A stretch of DNA of 64,000 nucleotides from an uncultured virus (IMG/VR IMGVR_UViG_3300025018_000159) (IMGVR_UViG_3300025018_000159); one strand, 5' to 3'. Shown: positions 37,571 through 48,745, counted from the first letter of the stretch. Translations and numbers: made by a program. The notes: generated from the letters alone by a model not told the origin.

Positions 37571-38724
37571 TGGCACTTTCACCCATCCAGATCTTTTCCA
37601 AGGGAAACGAGAACTCTCTCCAAGCGATTCTTGCCGGGGGAAACAACGTCATCAGCGGGATAATGAACCAGGCGATCCAGATCGGTCGCGACATCTCAAA
37701 CAAGCAGTTGGCGCAGGAGCGGGATCTCCTTGGCATGAGGGCGCAGGAGACGGCACTGGCACAGCGCCGGGTCGAGAACCGCCAGCAGGACTACGAGGAC
37801 GCCAAGAATTTCTCACGAAGGGCTTTTGAGAGTGACCGCGCTTTTGGTGCGAACCGTTCTGACGCCGCTTTCAATCAGAACAGGACTACCGCACAGGACA
37901 TCTTTGGCAACAGCGTGGAAAACAGGCGTTTGAATCTGACGGAGGATCGCTACGCAGCTCAGGATGCCGAGCGGACACGGCTGGAAGAGGAAAGGCTGCG
38001 TGCCCAAAAGGAGTTTGACGGTAACGAACCGAAGTTTCCTGAGGTGGGCGACATGCCGACTGATCCGACGATGGTGCTTCCTCCGAAGCAGGAGACCCCT
38101 CAGGATCGCGTCAAGCAGGACACCGCTGAGATTCTTGGTCGGGGTGTGGACGCTGAAGGTAATGTGACATTTGCCCCGAAAGCCGCAACGCCAACGGATG
38201 TGCTTGCCCCTGTGGACTCGGCTCCGGCACCGGAAGGCAACGGACGTGAATTTGATCTCCGTGTTCTGGCACACCTCGTAGCTCAGTCAAAAGACAAAAA
38301 CCTCCGCCCGGATCAGCGCACCAAGGCTGCTGGGGATGCTGCTGTTTTGGAGGATAGATTAAAAACCACGAGCACTGGTAGATCTTCCAGCAAAGTTACC
38401 GATCCGGCTGAGGAAGCGGCTAAGGGATTTGTTTTCGACGAGACTGCTTTCCCATCCCAACGCGCAGGACTGGCCAGAAGCTATGGTGGAGCCGACAAGA
38501 TTCCGAAGGATAAACTGCTGGAAGCGGAAACCTACGACAAGAATAAGTTTGAATCCGAAAAACAGTCGGCTCTCAACTACCCCCGTGACAAATACATTTC
38601 GCTCGGAGGTAAAAACCTGAGTGAGCCACAGAAAAAGAAGCGCGGGGAACTCTGGGACTACGCCAACAAAAAGGCGGGTGCTCCATCCTCCACCGGGGCC
38701 GTATCAAGCATCCCAGGAATCTAA
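37570..38724 (+). CDS. Internal virion/ejection protein
   Basis: Q/R/E-rich coiled coil preceding the giant virion protein. Confidence 0.65.
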   Translation: MALSPIQIFSKGNENSLQAILAGGNNVISGIMNQAIQIGRDISNKQLAQERDLLGMRAQETALAQRRVENRQQDYEDAKNFSRRAFESDRAFGANRSDAAFNQNRTTAQDIFGNSVENRRLNLTEDRYAAQDAERTRLEEERLRAQKEFDGNEPKFPEVGDMPTDPTMVLPPKQETPQDRVKQDTAEILGRGVDAEGNVTFAPKAATPTDVLAPVDSAPAPEGNGREFDLRVLAHLVAQSKDKNLRPDQRTKAAGDAAVLEDRLKTTSTGRSSSKVTDPAEEAAKGFVFDETAFPSQRAGLARSYGGADKIPKDKLLEAETYDKNKFESEKQSALNYPRDKYISLGGKNLSEPQKKKRGELWDYANKKAGAPSSTGAVSSIPGI

Positions 38725-38727
38725 GAC

Positions 38728-41700
38728 ATGCCACTCCCAAAATACCAAGACGTTCTCGCCGACCCGGCCTTTTCGAATGCCGACACTTCCCGCCAACGGG
38801 AAATCAATGACGCCTACTGGAACGCCTACGACAAAGAGATCGGCGACGAATACGGCAAGCAGCAACGTGTGGACACCACTGCGGCTCTCGACGCCAAAAC
38901 CCGTTTGGAAGATGCTGCCCCCCTCGAACGTAAGGCGCTCGATCTGCAACGCTCTGCTGCCAACTACCGCATCAGGGCGCGTATTGGTCAGAAGGAAGGG
39001 AATCTGACACAGGCGGATGTGGATGCCTTCGGGGCGGAGCAGCAAGCCATCACCGCAAAGCAGGAGGGCCTGAAGAAAACCTACTCCATGTTCTCTCCGG
39101 AGAAGCAGGCTGAGGTCGAGGACTTCTGGAACACGGCGAGCCAAACAGCCGCTGACGGCGGAGTCTTTGGAGCCACCACGAACACTTCAGCTTTCGGAGA
39201 GAAAGATCCTCAGAAAGAGAAAGAGGTCTACGCCCAGATGCGCCAAGGGTTCGCCGAGGAATACGGTATTGCCCCGGAGGATGTGGACAGTGTGGTCAAG
39301 CACCGGATGGGTCTTCAGGAAGAAGCTGTCAGCCGTGACGCTTTCGGGACGATCCACATCAAGGATGATGTCTTGGCGAAGCCTATCGGCGATGTCGAGA
39401 AGGCGATCAAGGCTTCGGATCTGCCGGAGTCGGTGAAGGAGAAGGCGCTCGTCGAGTCGCCGCAACGGATCGCCCTGTTTAAGGCGCGAATCATGGATCA
39501 GGTCAAGCAGCAGCACCCTGAACTTTACAACAGCATGGGTTTCATCGGGGATGTCGAGAACGACTACCAAGGACTGATCGGACAACTCAATGAGAGTGCG
39601 GGCGCACAGCTCGGCGAATCCATAAACACAGAATTTGGTCTCGGTAGAAAAGCTGTTAGAGGTGTTGGTCTCTTTGCTGACAAAATCATCGAGCCTCTCC
39701 GCGCCAACGTGGAAGCTTTCAGAGACAGCAAAAACTACGCTCTCGATTACGCCGATACTCTGGAAAATGAAGCTAAAAGGGTGGAATCTCTAAACCAACT
39801 CTCCGGCCAAATCAACAAGGAGAAGGTTAGGTTTTTAGGCACTAACACGGATGCTGGAGTTATAGGTCAAGCTATTGGATCTGCTGTTGAATCTGTAACT
39901 ATTGGAGCGGCTACAGCAGGTTTTGGTAACGCCATTGTCTCCGCCGAACGAATCGCCAAGGCCGGGAAGTTTGGAAAGGTTGCCCTTGGCTTTGCGAAGG
40001 GTGTTGCCAGCACCACACCTGTGGCTGGCTACTACGGGGCGGATCAGGCGCTGTCCACTTACGACCAAGCCATCGGCGCTGGAAAGTCTGAGGATGAGGC
40101 CACAAAGCTCGCAGCCATTTCCGGCTCCTTCGAGTTCGGTGTCACTGCCTTCTTCGGCGGAACCGGGGCGGGTGGTCTGGAGGACATCGGGCAGCGGCTC
40201 GCAAGCGGGGCTGTCCGAAAAGAGGTTGCCCGGAATATCTGGAAGTCGATGGGCAAGTTCGGCAAGGACGTGGCTGGGGAAGTCCCCGAGGAGAACATCA
40301 TCACAGCCCTCGACACGATTTACGTCCAATCGAAGTTGAACCCCGGCCTCACCACGGACGACCTCAAGAAGTCGCTCTACGACACCACCGTTGCGACCTT
40401 GGCCGCTACCGGGCCGCTGGCCGGAGCCTCCGCCACCAAAGACTATTTCTCGAAACCGACACATGAGCAAACCACTGAAGAACTCCACGCCACATCTGAT
40501 GCCCGTTATACCGAAGAAGTCCTTCCTGAAGTCCAAGCTGAAAGAGGGACTGTCCCGCAAAGCAGCCCTGAAGCTGTGGCTCCAACAGAGCAAATGACCA
40601 CAACGGAGTTTCAAGAGGCTGTCACCGAGCGTGTGGCTGAGCTTGAAGCTACCGAGAACCCAACCGAAGAGGACGCGGCAGAGCTTGCTGAGTTGAAGCT
40701 GCCTGTAGAAGAGGCTGCTCAGGCTAGGGGTGTGGAGCTTGTGGATGAGGCACCTACTACACCTCCAGTAGGAGAAACGATTTCCCCAGAGCCGACGGCA
40801 CCGCTACCTGAAGCCACAGTCTCCCCCGAGGGTAAGGGGGGGACGACTTCTCTTGAGACCGTAACCCAAAAAGCCTCTGACAACGGTGTGGATCTCCGTG
40901 TCGAGGAAAACACGTCCGGGATACAGCTTTCCGGAATCGAAGTGAACCCTGATGTCCGTCGTCAAGGTCGTGCCACACAGGTCATCTCGGATCTGAAGGA
41001 AGTCGCTGATGAGAAGCAGCTTCCGATCTCACTGAAGGTAGAGCCGTCCGATGAGATGTCTGCGGCCACACTTGAAAACTTCTATGCGAAGCAGGGATTT
41101 GTAATGCAAGAGGACGGAGAGACTATGGTTTACAAACCTGCTGTGGTTGAGCCAACTACTGCGGAAGTAGTAGCTAGCTCAGTTCCACCCGAAACCCAAA
41201 CCACCCCCGCACAAACATCCAATACGGATGTTTCAACCGAACCCAACGAATCCCAGATCTCCGCTGCCGTCGAAGCTGCTCCCGTTACTGTCGCGGAGGA
41301 AACCGACACAGACCCCGACCTTGAGGCGCTTTCGCAGGAATTGGCCAAGGCGTTTGGGATTGAGCTTGGAGAGACTTTGCCGGATGATGGGAATGGGCAG
41401 ATGAGGCTGTTGCAGGAGGCTGAACCACAGAACCCGCTACAGGATCATCCGGATCTTGGTGTGGGGATTGGCGGAGGAGAACGTGACAGTTCCCTTCAGA
41501 GCCGTGTTCTGAATCTCTCCCAGCGGATGCAGCGCGGCTATCCTGAGATCTATGCAACCATTCAGTCATCACTTCCTGAAAACCTGAAACCTGCGGCAGT
41601 CTACGCCACAGGGATACGGACGAATATCTACGAGCACATCGGTGATCTACCTCACCGCATGGGGTCATCTGAGTTGCGAGCTTCCGTTTCCAAGATAGAG

Positions 41701-44700
41701 TCGAACTCTACTCGATATGCCGGTATCGGTAAGTTAGAGTATGAGCTTAAAGAACAGGAGGAAAATAATGCAGCCTTCCAAATAGCTACACGCACCGAGA
41801 AGTCTGGGGGTAAGTATGACATCCGTGAAGCTAGAAATAGTTCTGAGTTTCCCGCTGAGTTGAAGAAAGCTAGAGACCTCAACATGTTGTTAGACGGGAG
41901 CTACGCCGCTCTCTACTCTCGCCTCCAATCTTTCACCCCTCTCCAAGCGGCAGGGCGTAACATGGCAATCGCTTTCGGGATGCAACGGTATGGTCTCTAC
42001 CAGAACATCGGCAAGAAGATCCAAGAGTTCTTCGACGTAGCTGAAGCTGCGGGCATCAAGCCCGAGGAACTTTACAAATACGGCTTCGATGTGAGGGGTG
42101 TGGGCAATCTGTCTCGCACCAACAACGAGTTGAAGCAGCAGTGGGAGAAGAACAAGGAGTTCTTGGAGAAGGGTCTTGCCGATCCTTCGCTTGGGGGTGT
42201 GGTTCAGCAGCAGCTCAGACAGCAAATTTCTCATGCGGATCTGGAGGCTCCGCTGGAGACGTTGGATAGATTGATCGAGAAGATGAAATCGGGCGTCCAT
42301 GTATTGAACCAAAACCCCAACGACCCAAAAGGCGTCATCTCCTTCCGTGGCCTCTCCCAAGCCGTCATCACCCTCCTCAAGACCGCTGACCCATCCACAG
42401 CCACACACGAGATGGCTCACCTTGCTCGTAGGTTCCTCTTCAACAAGGACATCCCGCAAGCGCAGCGTGAGGGCGTTACAGACGAAGACATCAATACTCT
42501 CGAAAAATGGGCTGGTGTAAAAGACGGTGTGTGGAATACCAAAGCTGAAGAAAAGTTCGCCCGTGGATTTGAACGCTACGTCCGTGACGGGGTGTTTCCT
42601 GAGAACTCGAAGGTGGCCGAACTTTTCAAGAAAATCTCCAACTGGCTTCAGAAGATCTATGCCACAGTCGAAGGCAGTTCAATTAACGTAGAGATCACGC
42701 CTGAGGTTAAGGCATTGTTCGACAAGCTCGTTACACGGGGTGAAACTGTCACGGCTCCAACTAAGGTTGCTGCCAAGGTTGTGGTTGAGCCGAAGGCTAA
42801 GGCTCCGGCTCCTGCCAAGAAAAAGCTCCCACCCGTCCGTCGCCCCGGCACATTCGGAGCCAAGCGTGAAATCACCGACGAAGTTCGTAAACGCTACGGT
42901 ATCCCTGAGAGCTACCTAAAGGCGAGCATGACCGACCAGGAAGCCATCGACGGGGCCACACTTCTCATCGCCAGATCCGAAGCACGCCTGCGTGACCCGT
43001 CCCTCCCTGCCGTCCAGCCTGTGGGCGAGGCTCTTGTGGCCGCGATCCTCGAAGACCCCACACGGGCACCCAGCAAGGCGGAAACGGCGCTTCTCGTCCA
43101 CGAGAGCATCAAGCGGGAGATGGCTCTTGATGTGGCTCGTAAGGATCACAAGGCGCTTCCACCGACAGCTAGCGAGGGTGACAACCAAGTTGCCGTGAAC
43201 GAAGTCAAGCGTGCCCGTGCTGCCCTTGAGGAAATACTCAACGTGCTCCAGCTTCGCGGCTCCCGCGCAGGTCTCGCCCTCCAGGGCTACAAGCTCATCA
43301 CCGACAGGCAGTTCAACCTCTCTGTGATGGAAGCCGATTTCCTGTCATGGAAGAATGACCACGAGGACGGCAAGGGTGCCAGGAAAGAGGCATTGACTGA
43401 TGCGGAAGTCGCACAGATCGAAGCTGCCCACGACGAGGTGAAGAAGTGGCGGGAGCGTGTGACTGAGCTTGAGGCTGAGATCAGTGAGGGTGCGAGGCGT
43501 GAAGCTGCTTTGATCGAGAGGCTTTCAAAGGGGGTGGCTACTAAAAATAAAGTTGCCACACGTAACCCGATTCCTAAAGCTGAGGTTAAGTCTGCGTTGG
43601 ACTTTTTGAGAAGCCGTGGTGTTTCGGTGTTGAGCCAGACACCCGACATCCTCTACCAAGGGGAATACCAGTCCGGCAACAATCTCGACCCCGACATCAT
43701 CGACGCCCTTGCCACGGTTGGGGCGTCCTACATCCAGGAAGGTGACTCTTCACTCGAAGCCTTCAGCAAGCGCCTGAACGAACAGTTTGACGGTGAGTTC
43801 AAGGCTTCCGCCGACCTGATCCTCGAAGCCTCCCGCGCCAAGCTTTCCACCAAGAGCAAGAAGCGTGCGAAGACCCCTAAGGAACTTTCCAATCTCATCG
43901 ACAAGGAAAACCCCAAGCTTTCCAACAGGCTGGTCTATAACGTGGCGCTTGGATTCATCCGCCAAGGTGCAAAAGGAAAAACCATCCTCGACTCCACGCT
44001 GAGGCTCCTTCAAAAGGATTTCCCTAACCTCACCCGCGAGGATGTGGCCATCGCCTTCACCGGATACGGAAGCGTCAAGTTCCCTGACCCGGCAGCGGAC
44101 AAAAAAGCTCTCCGTGAGATCCGCGAGATTGAACGCTTGGAGCTTCAACTTGCCGACGTGCTCAAGGGCGTCCCGGCACTCAAGACAGGGCAGCAGCGCG
44201 ACAAGTCCACGGACAAGGCACGTGATCTTCAGAAGCAGATCAGGGAAGCCTACCGTGCGATGGGTATCAAGCGTGCCACAAGCAGGAACCAGCTTGGCGG
44301 ATCGCTCGACGCAATGAAGACCCGCCTGAGCAATGAACTTTCCGATCTCAACAACGCCATTGCCACACGTGTCAAGCTTATTAAGGACAAGACCAAGGTT
44401 GAAGTTGATGAAGAAGTTATCCGACTTCGTGAGAAAGTCGCCCAAGCCCGCAAAGACTACAACGCCATTTTCCCGATAGACCGATCCCTGACGGAGAAGC
44501 AGCAGATCGACAGAGTCAACAAGGCGCTGGATCGCCGCATTGCTGAGGAAGAGGAGTTGGCGCGGAAAGGTCTCGTGGATCGCATCCTGAGCAAGAGCAA
44601 ACCTGTCACTGCCGCTGAAGTCGAAGCCCGTCGCAAAAAGCTCAACGGTCTTGTGGAAGCACGACGCAAAGCCAAAGCTGCCCGGATTCCAAAAATAAGC

Positions 44701-46572
44701 GAACTCGATCTGGCGATCAAAGCTTCTGAGACCACAGCTCGACGTGTCCTCAAGCATTATGAGGACATCATCGCCGGAATCAAGAAAGCCGCAAAGGCAC
44801 CCTTCGAGATTGTCCCCGGTGAAGACCTGGCCAACCTGTGGGATCTGCGTGACGCTGCCAAAGCTACTGTTGTGGAGATGCGGCAGATCGAGCGGGAGAT
44901 GCGCCGGAAAAGCCCCGAGCAGATCGCCTACGCCGCACGTCTCCGCAGTCTTGAGAAAACCGTCGCCGATCTGGAGTCACGTGCCAAGCGCGGGGACATC
45001 TCCAAGAAGGGCAAAGTGCTCGGCCCGGACACCCTGGAGGTCTCCGAACTCAAGAAGAGGGCTGACGCTGCCCGTGCTGTCATCGAAGCCCTGCGTGCCG
45101 CCACAGACCCGCGCACACCTGAGCAGAAGAAGGATGACGCCCTCGTCAGGGCGAGCAAAACCCGCAAGGCCAAGATTGAGGCCAGGATCGCGGCAGATGA
45201 TTATGTGGACATTCCACCTGTGACCCGAGCAGAGAGCAAGGAACTTGTCCAGGCACGCTTTGAGGAACGCCGTGCGAAGGATGAGTGGTTGAAGAACCGC
45301 CAGAAGTGGAACCTTGCGAACAGGGGAACCCTCGGGAAGATCAGCTACAAGCTGGGTTCTTTGTGGCAGTTCCGGAAAGTGCTCATCCTGGGTCTCGACT
45401 TGTTGATCTTCCGCCAAGGTATCGTGCCCTTTATGAACAGGCCGATCCGCACTGTCCGCAACCTGTTCAAAGCCATCGGAGCCTACAGCGAAGCGAACGA
45501 GCTTGACGTTTATGACAGTATCATGAACCCGGCCAGGAACCCTTATGCGAAATTCCACAGTGTGGCCAAGCAGATGAAGTTCTTTGGGCCGTTCGAGGAA
45601 GGATTCCGCAACAAGGAAGATCTTCCCGACCCGGAGATCCTGAACAAGCTGGCCAAGATTCCGGGACTCGGAACTGTCTCGCAGATCATGCTGTCGCTTG
45701 AGCGTATCAACAGGGTTCACTTTAACCTGATGGCTAATGATGCTTTTAATGCCCTCCTTAGTATTGCCCCAGCAAACGCGCCCACAAAATCTGATATTCT
45801 TCTGGCCGCAAACGCGGCAATGACAGCCGTTGGCCGTGGAAGTTTCAAAAACCAAAGGGCTGAGACTGGTATCGAGCTGGCCAACTATGCCTTGCTGTCC
45901 ACACGTTACTACGTGGCTCGTGCAAAGCTCGTGACCCTGGAACCGATCTGGTCAACCCGTGGAGGGTTCGAAGGGACGCTGAAAATGCGTTCCAAGATTG
46001 CGTTTCAGCTCTACGGCATGGCACTGTTCAACACCGCATTGGTTATGACACTCCTTGCCCGTGGGTTCATGGACGATGACGAGCGTGAGGACTTCATCAG
46101 CCCGACTTCGAGCAAGTTCGGAGCATTGAAGGTGAACGGAACCACCTATGAGCTGCTAGGCGGTGTCCGTGCCTTCATTAACCTTATCTCCCGCTTCGTT
46201 GCTGGCTACAAGGTGCAGGACGGGAAGGTCGTGAGCCTCGCCGGAGAAGACGCCAAGTATAAGCAGGATCTCAAGGAGGAGTGGACACGCTTCTGGCAGA
46301 ACCGTAGGAATATCAACTTTGCGCTCCTTTTCGATGTTGCATCAAGGCAGCAGTTCGACGGATCGCCCACCACGGTCAAGTCAGCCCTTACAGCTGCTGT
46401 TCTCAACATTAACATCGAGAATGACATCGAGATTATCAAGAAGCACGGTAAGGACAGCCCTATCCAAGCAGTTGTCTCAATCGCTGCTGTTCACTCCTCG
46501 CTGAACGTCAGGGCTGAGGACTACAAACCGAAAGAGAAGAAGTCGGCTGACCCCTTCAAATCCGGATTCTAA
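38728..46572 (+). CDS. Giant (2614 aa) internal virion/polyvalent protein with GNAT and zincin-like (HEXXH) domains
   Basis: GNAT: IEVNPDVRRQGRATQVI...LENFYAKQGF (about 40920-41130). Metallopeptidase-like: STATHEMAH...EEKFARGFERY (about 42330-42720). Confidence 0.85.
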   Translation: MPLPKYQDVLADPAFSNADTSRQREINDAYWNAYDKEIGDEYGKQQRVDTTAALDAKTRLEDAAPLERKALDLQRSAANYRIRARIGQKEGNLTQADVDAFGAEQQAITAKQEGLKKTYSMFSPEKQAEVEDFWNTASQTAADGGVFGATTNTSAFGEKDPQKEKEVYAQMRQGFAEEYGIAPEDVDSVVKHRMGLQEEAVSRDAFGTIHIKDDVLAKPIGDVEKAIKASDLPESVKEKALVESPQRIALFKARIMDQVKQQHPELYNSMGFIGDVENDYQGLIGQLNESAGAQLGESINTEFGLGRKAVRGVGLFADKIIEPLRANVEAFRDSKNYALDYADTLENEAKRVESLNQLSGQINKEKVRFLGTNTDAGVIGQAIGSAVESVTIGAATAGFGNAIVSAERIAKAGKFGKVALGFAKGVASTTPVAGYYGADQALSTYDQAIGAGKSEDEATKLAAISGSFEFGVTAFFGGTGAGGLEDIGQRLASGAVRKEVARNIWKSMGKFGKDVAGEVPEENIITALDTIYVQSKLNPGLTTDDLKKSLYDTTVATLAATGPLAGASATKDYFSKPTHEQTTEELHATSDARYTEEVLPEVQAERGTVPQSSPEAVAPTEQMTTTEFQEAVTERVAELEATENPTEEDAAELAELKLPVEEAAQARGVELVDEAPTTPPVGETISPEPTAPLPEATVSPEGKGGTTSLETVTQKASDNGVDLRVEENTSGIQLSGIEVNPDVRRQGRATQVISDLKEVADEKQLPISLKVEPSDEMSAATLENFYAKQGFVMQEDGETMVYKPAVVEPTTAEVVASSVPPETQTTPAQTSNTDVSTEPNESQISAAVEAAPVTVAEETDTDPDLEALSQELAKAFGIELGETLPDDGNGQMRLLQEAEPQNPLQDHPDLGVGIGGGERDSSLQSRVLNLSQRMQRGYPEIYATIQSSLPENLKPAAVYATGIRTNIYEHIGDLPHRMGSSELRASVSKIESNSTRYAGIGKLEYELKEQEENNAAFQIATRTEKSGGKYDIREARNSSEFPAELKKARDLNMLLDGSYAALYSRLQSFTPLQAAGRNMAIAFGMQRYGLYQNIGKKIQEFFDVAEAAGIKPEELYKYGFDVRGVGNLSRTNNELKQQWEKNKEFLEKGLADPSLGGVVQQQLRQQISHADLEAPLETLDRLIEKMKSGVHVLNQNPNDPKGVISFRGLSQAVITLLKTADPSTATHEMAHLARRFLFNKDIPQAQREGVTDEDINTLEKWAGVKDGVWNTKAEEKFARGFERYVRDGVFPENSKVAELFKKISNWLQKIYATVEGSSINVEITPEVKALFDKLVTRGETVTAPTKVAAKVVVEPKAKAPAPAKKKLPPVRRPGTFGAKREITDEVRKRYGIPESYLKASMTDQEAIDGATLLIARSEARLRDPSLPAVQPVGEALVAAILEDPTRAPSKAETALLVHESIKREMALDVARKDHKALPPTASEGDNQVAVNEVKRARAALEEILNVLQLRGSRAGLALQGYKLITDRQFNLSVMEADFLSWKNDHEDGKGARKEALTDAEVAQIEAAHDEVKKWRERVTELEAEISEGARREAALIERLSKGVATKNKVATRNPIPKAEVKSALDFLRSRGVSVLSQTPDILYQGEYQSGNNLDPDIIDALATVGASYIQEGDSSLEAFSKRLNEQFDGEFKASADLILEASRAKLSTKSKKRAKTPKELSNLIDKENPKLSNRLVYNVALGFIRQGAKGKTILDSTLRLLQKDFPNLTREDVAIAFTGYGSVKFPDPAADKKALREIREIERLELQLADVLKGVPALKTGQQRDKSTDKARDLQKQIREAYRAMGIKRATSRNQLGGSLDAMKTRLSNELSDLNNAIATRVKLIKDKTKVEVDEEVIRLREKVAQARKDYNAIFPIDRSLTEKQQIDRVNKALDRRIAEEEELARKGLVDRILSKSKPVTAAEVEARRKKLNGLVEARRKAKAARIPKISELDLAIKASETTARRVLKHYEDIIAGIKKAAKAPFEIVPGEDLANLWDLRDAAKATVVEMRQIEREMRRKSPEQIAYAARLRSLEKTVADLESRAKRGDISKKGKVLGPDTLEVSELKKRADAARAVIEALRAATDPRTPEQKKDDALVRASKTRKAKIEARIAADDYVDIPPVTRAESKELVQARFEERRAKDEWLKNRQKWNLANRGTLGKISYKLGSLWQFRKVLILGLDLLIFRQGIVPFMNRPIRTVRNLFKAIGAYSEANELDVYDSIMNPARNPYAKFHSVAKQMKFFGPFEEGFRNKEDLPDPEILNKLAKIPGLGTVSQIMLSLERINRVHFNLMANDAFNALLSIAPANAPTKSDILLAANAAMTAVGRGSFKNQRAETGIELANYALLSTRYYVARAKLVTLEPIWSTRGGFEGTLKMRSKIAFQLYGMALFNTALVMTLLARGFMDDDEREDFISPTSSKFGALKVNGTTYELLGGVRAFINLISRFVAGYKVQDGKVVSLAGEDAKYKQDLKEEWTRFWQNRRNINFALLFDVASRQQFDGSPTTVKSALTAAVLNINIENDIEIIKKHGKDSPIQAVVSIAAVHSSLNVRAEDYKPKEKKSADPFKSGF

Positions 46573-46769
46573 AAGCCCAGTTCCTCGTAGCTATAAGTCC
46601 GCTCATCGGAGCCGCAAACCACCTTGACGATCTGATCCACAGGATGCACCTCGATCATCGCCTCGTCCGAACCAGGCACCTCGGCCTTGAACCTGAAGGC
46701 TGCTGCGAGCATCAGCTCTTCGATAGAGAAGCTGGGAGCTAGGAAGGCTTCGGAGAAGTTGTAGAGCAT
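46569..46769 (-). CDS. Hypothetical protein
   Basis: 66 aa; coupled to the polymerase stop. Confidence 0.65.
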   Translation of the reverse strand: MLYNFSEAFLAPSFSIEELMLAAAFRFKAEVPGSDEAMIEVHPVDQIVKVVCGSDERTYSYEELGF

Positions 46770-48745
46770 TAGTTCAGCGGGAAAAGTTTACTCCAATTCG
46801 GCCCCCACTCACCCTCAACCTTAATCGGAACCTTAAACTTGATGGCAGTCTCCATCGTATGCTTCATGTAATCGAAAGCCTTCTCGTTCCAGCCAGCCGA
46901 AACGCTGAAGTCCTTTTCATCGTGAACGATCAGCCGGGGGAATCCGATCTCATCGTAGACCCCGGCCTTCCAGCACTTCACGATGGCCATCTTCATCAGG
47001 TCTGCGGCAGATCCCTGGATGGTGTAGTTCAGCGCCTTGTGGAGATAAGCACGCTTGATGTTCGTTCCGTAAGCTTTGATCGCGGCTTCCAGCCGGAGCG
47101 CGAAGGGACGCTCGCCTTTCTTACTGAATTGCGGCTCCCACTTGTCGAAGAGGGCACGGCGTCCCATGATCGTTGTGGTGAAGCCATCCTCCTCCGCTTG
47201 GCTGCTGATCGCCTTCATCGTTCCGCGAACGTAGGGCAGACCTGTGTGGTAGGCTTCGAAGAACGTCGCCGCCTCCTCGTCGGAAAGCTGCATCATGCGC
47301 TGAAGCTTGTTCTCGCTGGCACCGTAGATCCCGGCGAAGTTGACGTTCTTCACGTGCTTCCGGTTCAACTCCAGACCCACGAGGTCGTAGATCATCTTCT
47401 GGGTGAAGTTGTGGTAGTCCGTGTTCGGGTTGTCGGTGTATTCCCGGCGAAGCTCACGAGACCCCTTGCCCACAGCGTAGTGGGCCAGGATGCGGGATTC
47501 GATGGAACTGTAGTCATACTTCCGCCAGTGGTCGTGCCCTGCGTCCGGGATGAAGATCGCCCTGACAACCTTCGAGAGTTCGTTCCGTGAAGGAACCTGC
47601 TGGAGGTTGGGGTCTGAAGCACTCATCCGCCCCGTGACAGGCTTCAACGGATTGATATTGCCGTGAACCTTACCGTTTACATTGGAGTTGAGAATAGCAT
47701 TCTGGATGAATGTCGAGTTGTATTTCTTCAACTCCTCCAAGTCCACAATCATCTGACCAATGGGGTGTGCGATCCCCTTGAGGAACTCGCCTGTCAAGGA
47801 CATTTTCCCGTTCTCCGTCCGGTTGAAGTGGATCTTGAGCTTGGTGAAAACCTTCTCCATCTCCACAGGAGATCCGGTGTTGACGGGACGCCCAGCGATG
47901 GTGTCAACCTCTTTCTGCACGGCGCGGGCGCTGAGGTCAATCTGGTGGTAAGCACGCTCGGCGGCATCGAGATCCACACTCACCCCGGCGAGGCGCATCT
48001 GCACGAGCACGTGCTGAAGGTCGCACTCCATGCGGAACACGTCCCACAGGCCAAGCTCCTCCATGATCTTCCGCTGCTTCACCATGATCCGGAGCGGGAG
48101 ATCCACATCAGACTCGGCGTAGAAACCCACGAGCGCGGGAGGGCACCTGTAGATGTTGCCCATTGCCACCTTCCGGCGCTCACCGTCCGTTTTTGCCCTG
48201 CCCTTGCCGAAGGCGTCCCAGGCCCAGTCGTAGAGCACGGAGGACTCCTTGCCGTCCTTCAGGTAGCGTTGGGCGGTTTCTTCCAGCGAGGCTGAGGCTG
48301 AGTGCTCGATCAGCTTCTCCGCGCTCCACGTGTCAAAGATGTCTCCCACAACGTCCACACCCTCGTGGGCGAGCCAGCCAAGGTCATAGAGGGTGTTGTG
48401 CCCAACCTTAACCTGGTGCGGCCTGGAAAGCTGCTCTGAGCAGTAATCCAGCACAGTCTGTGGATCGAGGTTCTCGAAGCCCTCATGCCGAATTGGGTAG
48501 TAGCGTTTGAAGCCGTCGTCTGTGGACAGTGCCACACCAACGATATGCCCATCACCGCGTCCCCATCCTGAGCCTTTCGCTTTCAGGTTCGGGTCGCAGG
48601 TCTCCACATCGAAGCCGATGAACTTGGCGCTCGACAGATCCGGCATCCGGGCATCGAGCTTCCACCCAGTCACCGGAATCCTCGGCATCGGATTCGGTGC
48701 AAATCGTTTCGCCTTCGGTTCGTCCTCTTTCCAGATCAGGCTCAT
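46769..48745 (-). CDS. polA: Family A DNA polymerase with 3'-5' exonuclease
   Basis: Exo I FDVET; motif A DYSSIESRILAH; motif B RKHVKNVNFAGIYG; motif C VHDE; start MSLIWK at 48745. Confidence 0.95.
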   Translation of the reverse strand: MSLIWKEDEPKAKRFAPNPMPRIPVTGWKLDARMPDLSSAKFIGFDVETCDPNLKAKGSGWGRGDGHIVGVALSTDDGFKRYYPIRHEGFENLDPQTVLDYCSEQLSRPHQVKVGHNTLYDLGWLAHEGVDVVGDIFDTWSAEKLIEHSASASLEETAQRYLKDGKESSVLYDWAWDAFGKGRAKTDGERRKVAMGNIYRCPPALVGFYAESDVDLPLRIMVKQRKIMEELGLWDVFRMECDLQHVLVQMRLAGVSVDLDAAERAYHQIDLSARAVQKEVDTIAGRPVNTGSPVEMEKVFTKLKIHFNRTENGKMSLTGEFLKGIAHPIGQMIVDLEELKKYNSTFIQNAILNSNVNGKVHGNINPLKPVTGRMSASDPNLQQVPSRNELSKVVRAIFIPDAGHDHWRKYDYSSIESRILAHYAVGKGSRELRREYTDNPNTDYHNFTQKMIYDLVGLELNRKHVKNVNFAGIYGASENKLQRMMQLSDEEAATFFEAYHTGLPYVRGTMKAISSQAEEDGFTTTIMGRRALFDKWEPQFSKKGERPFALRLEAAIKAYGTNIKRAYLHKALNYTIQGSAADLMKMAIVKCWKAGVYDEIGFPRLIVHDEKDFSVSAGWNEKAFDYMKHTMETAIKFKVPIKVEGEWGPNWSKLFPLN

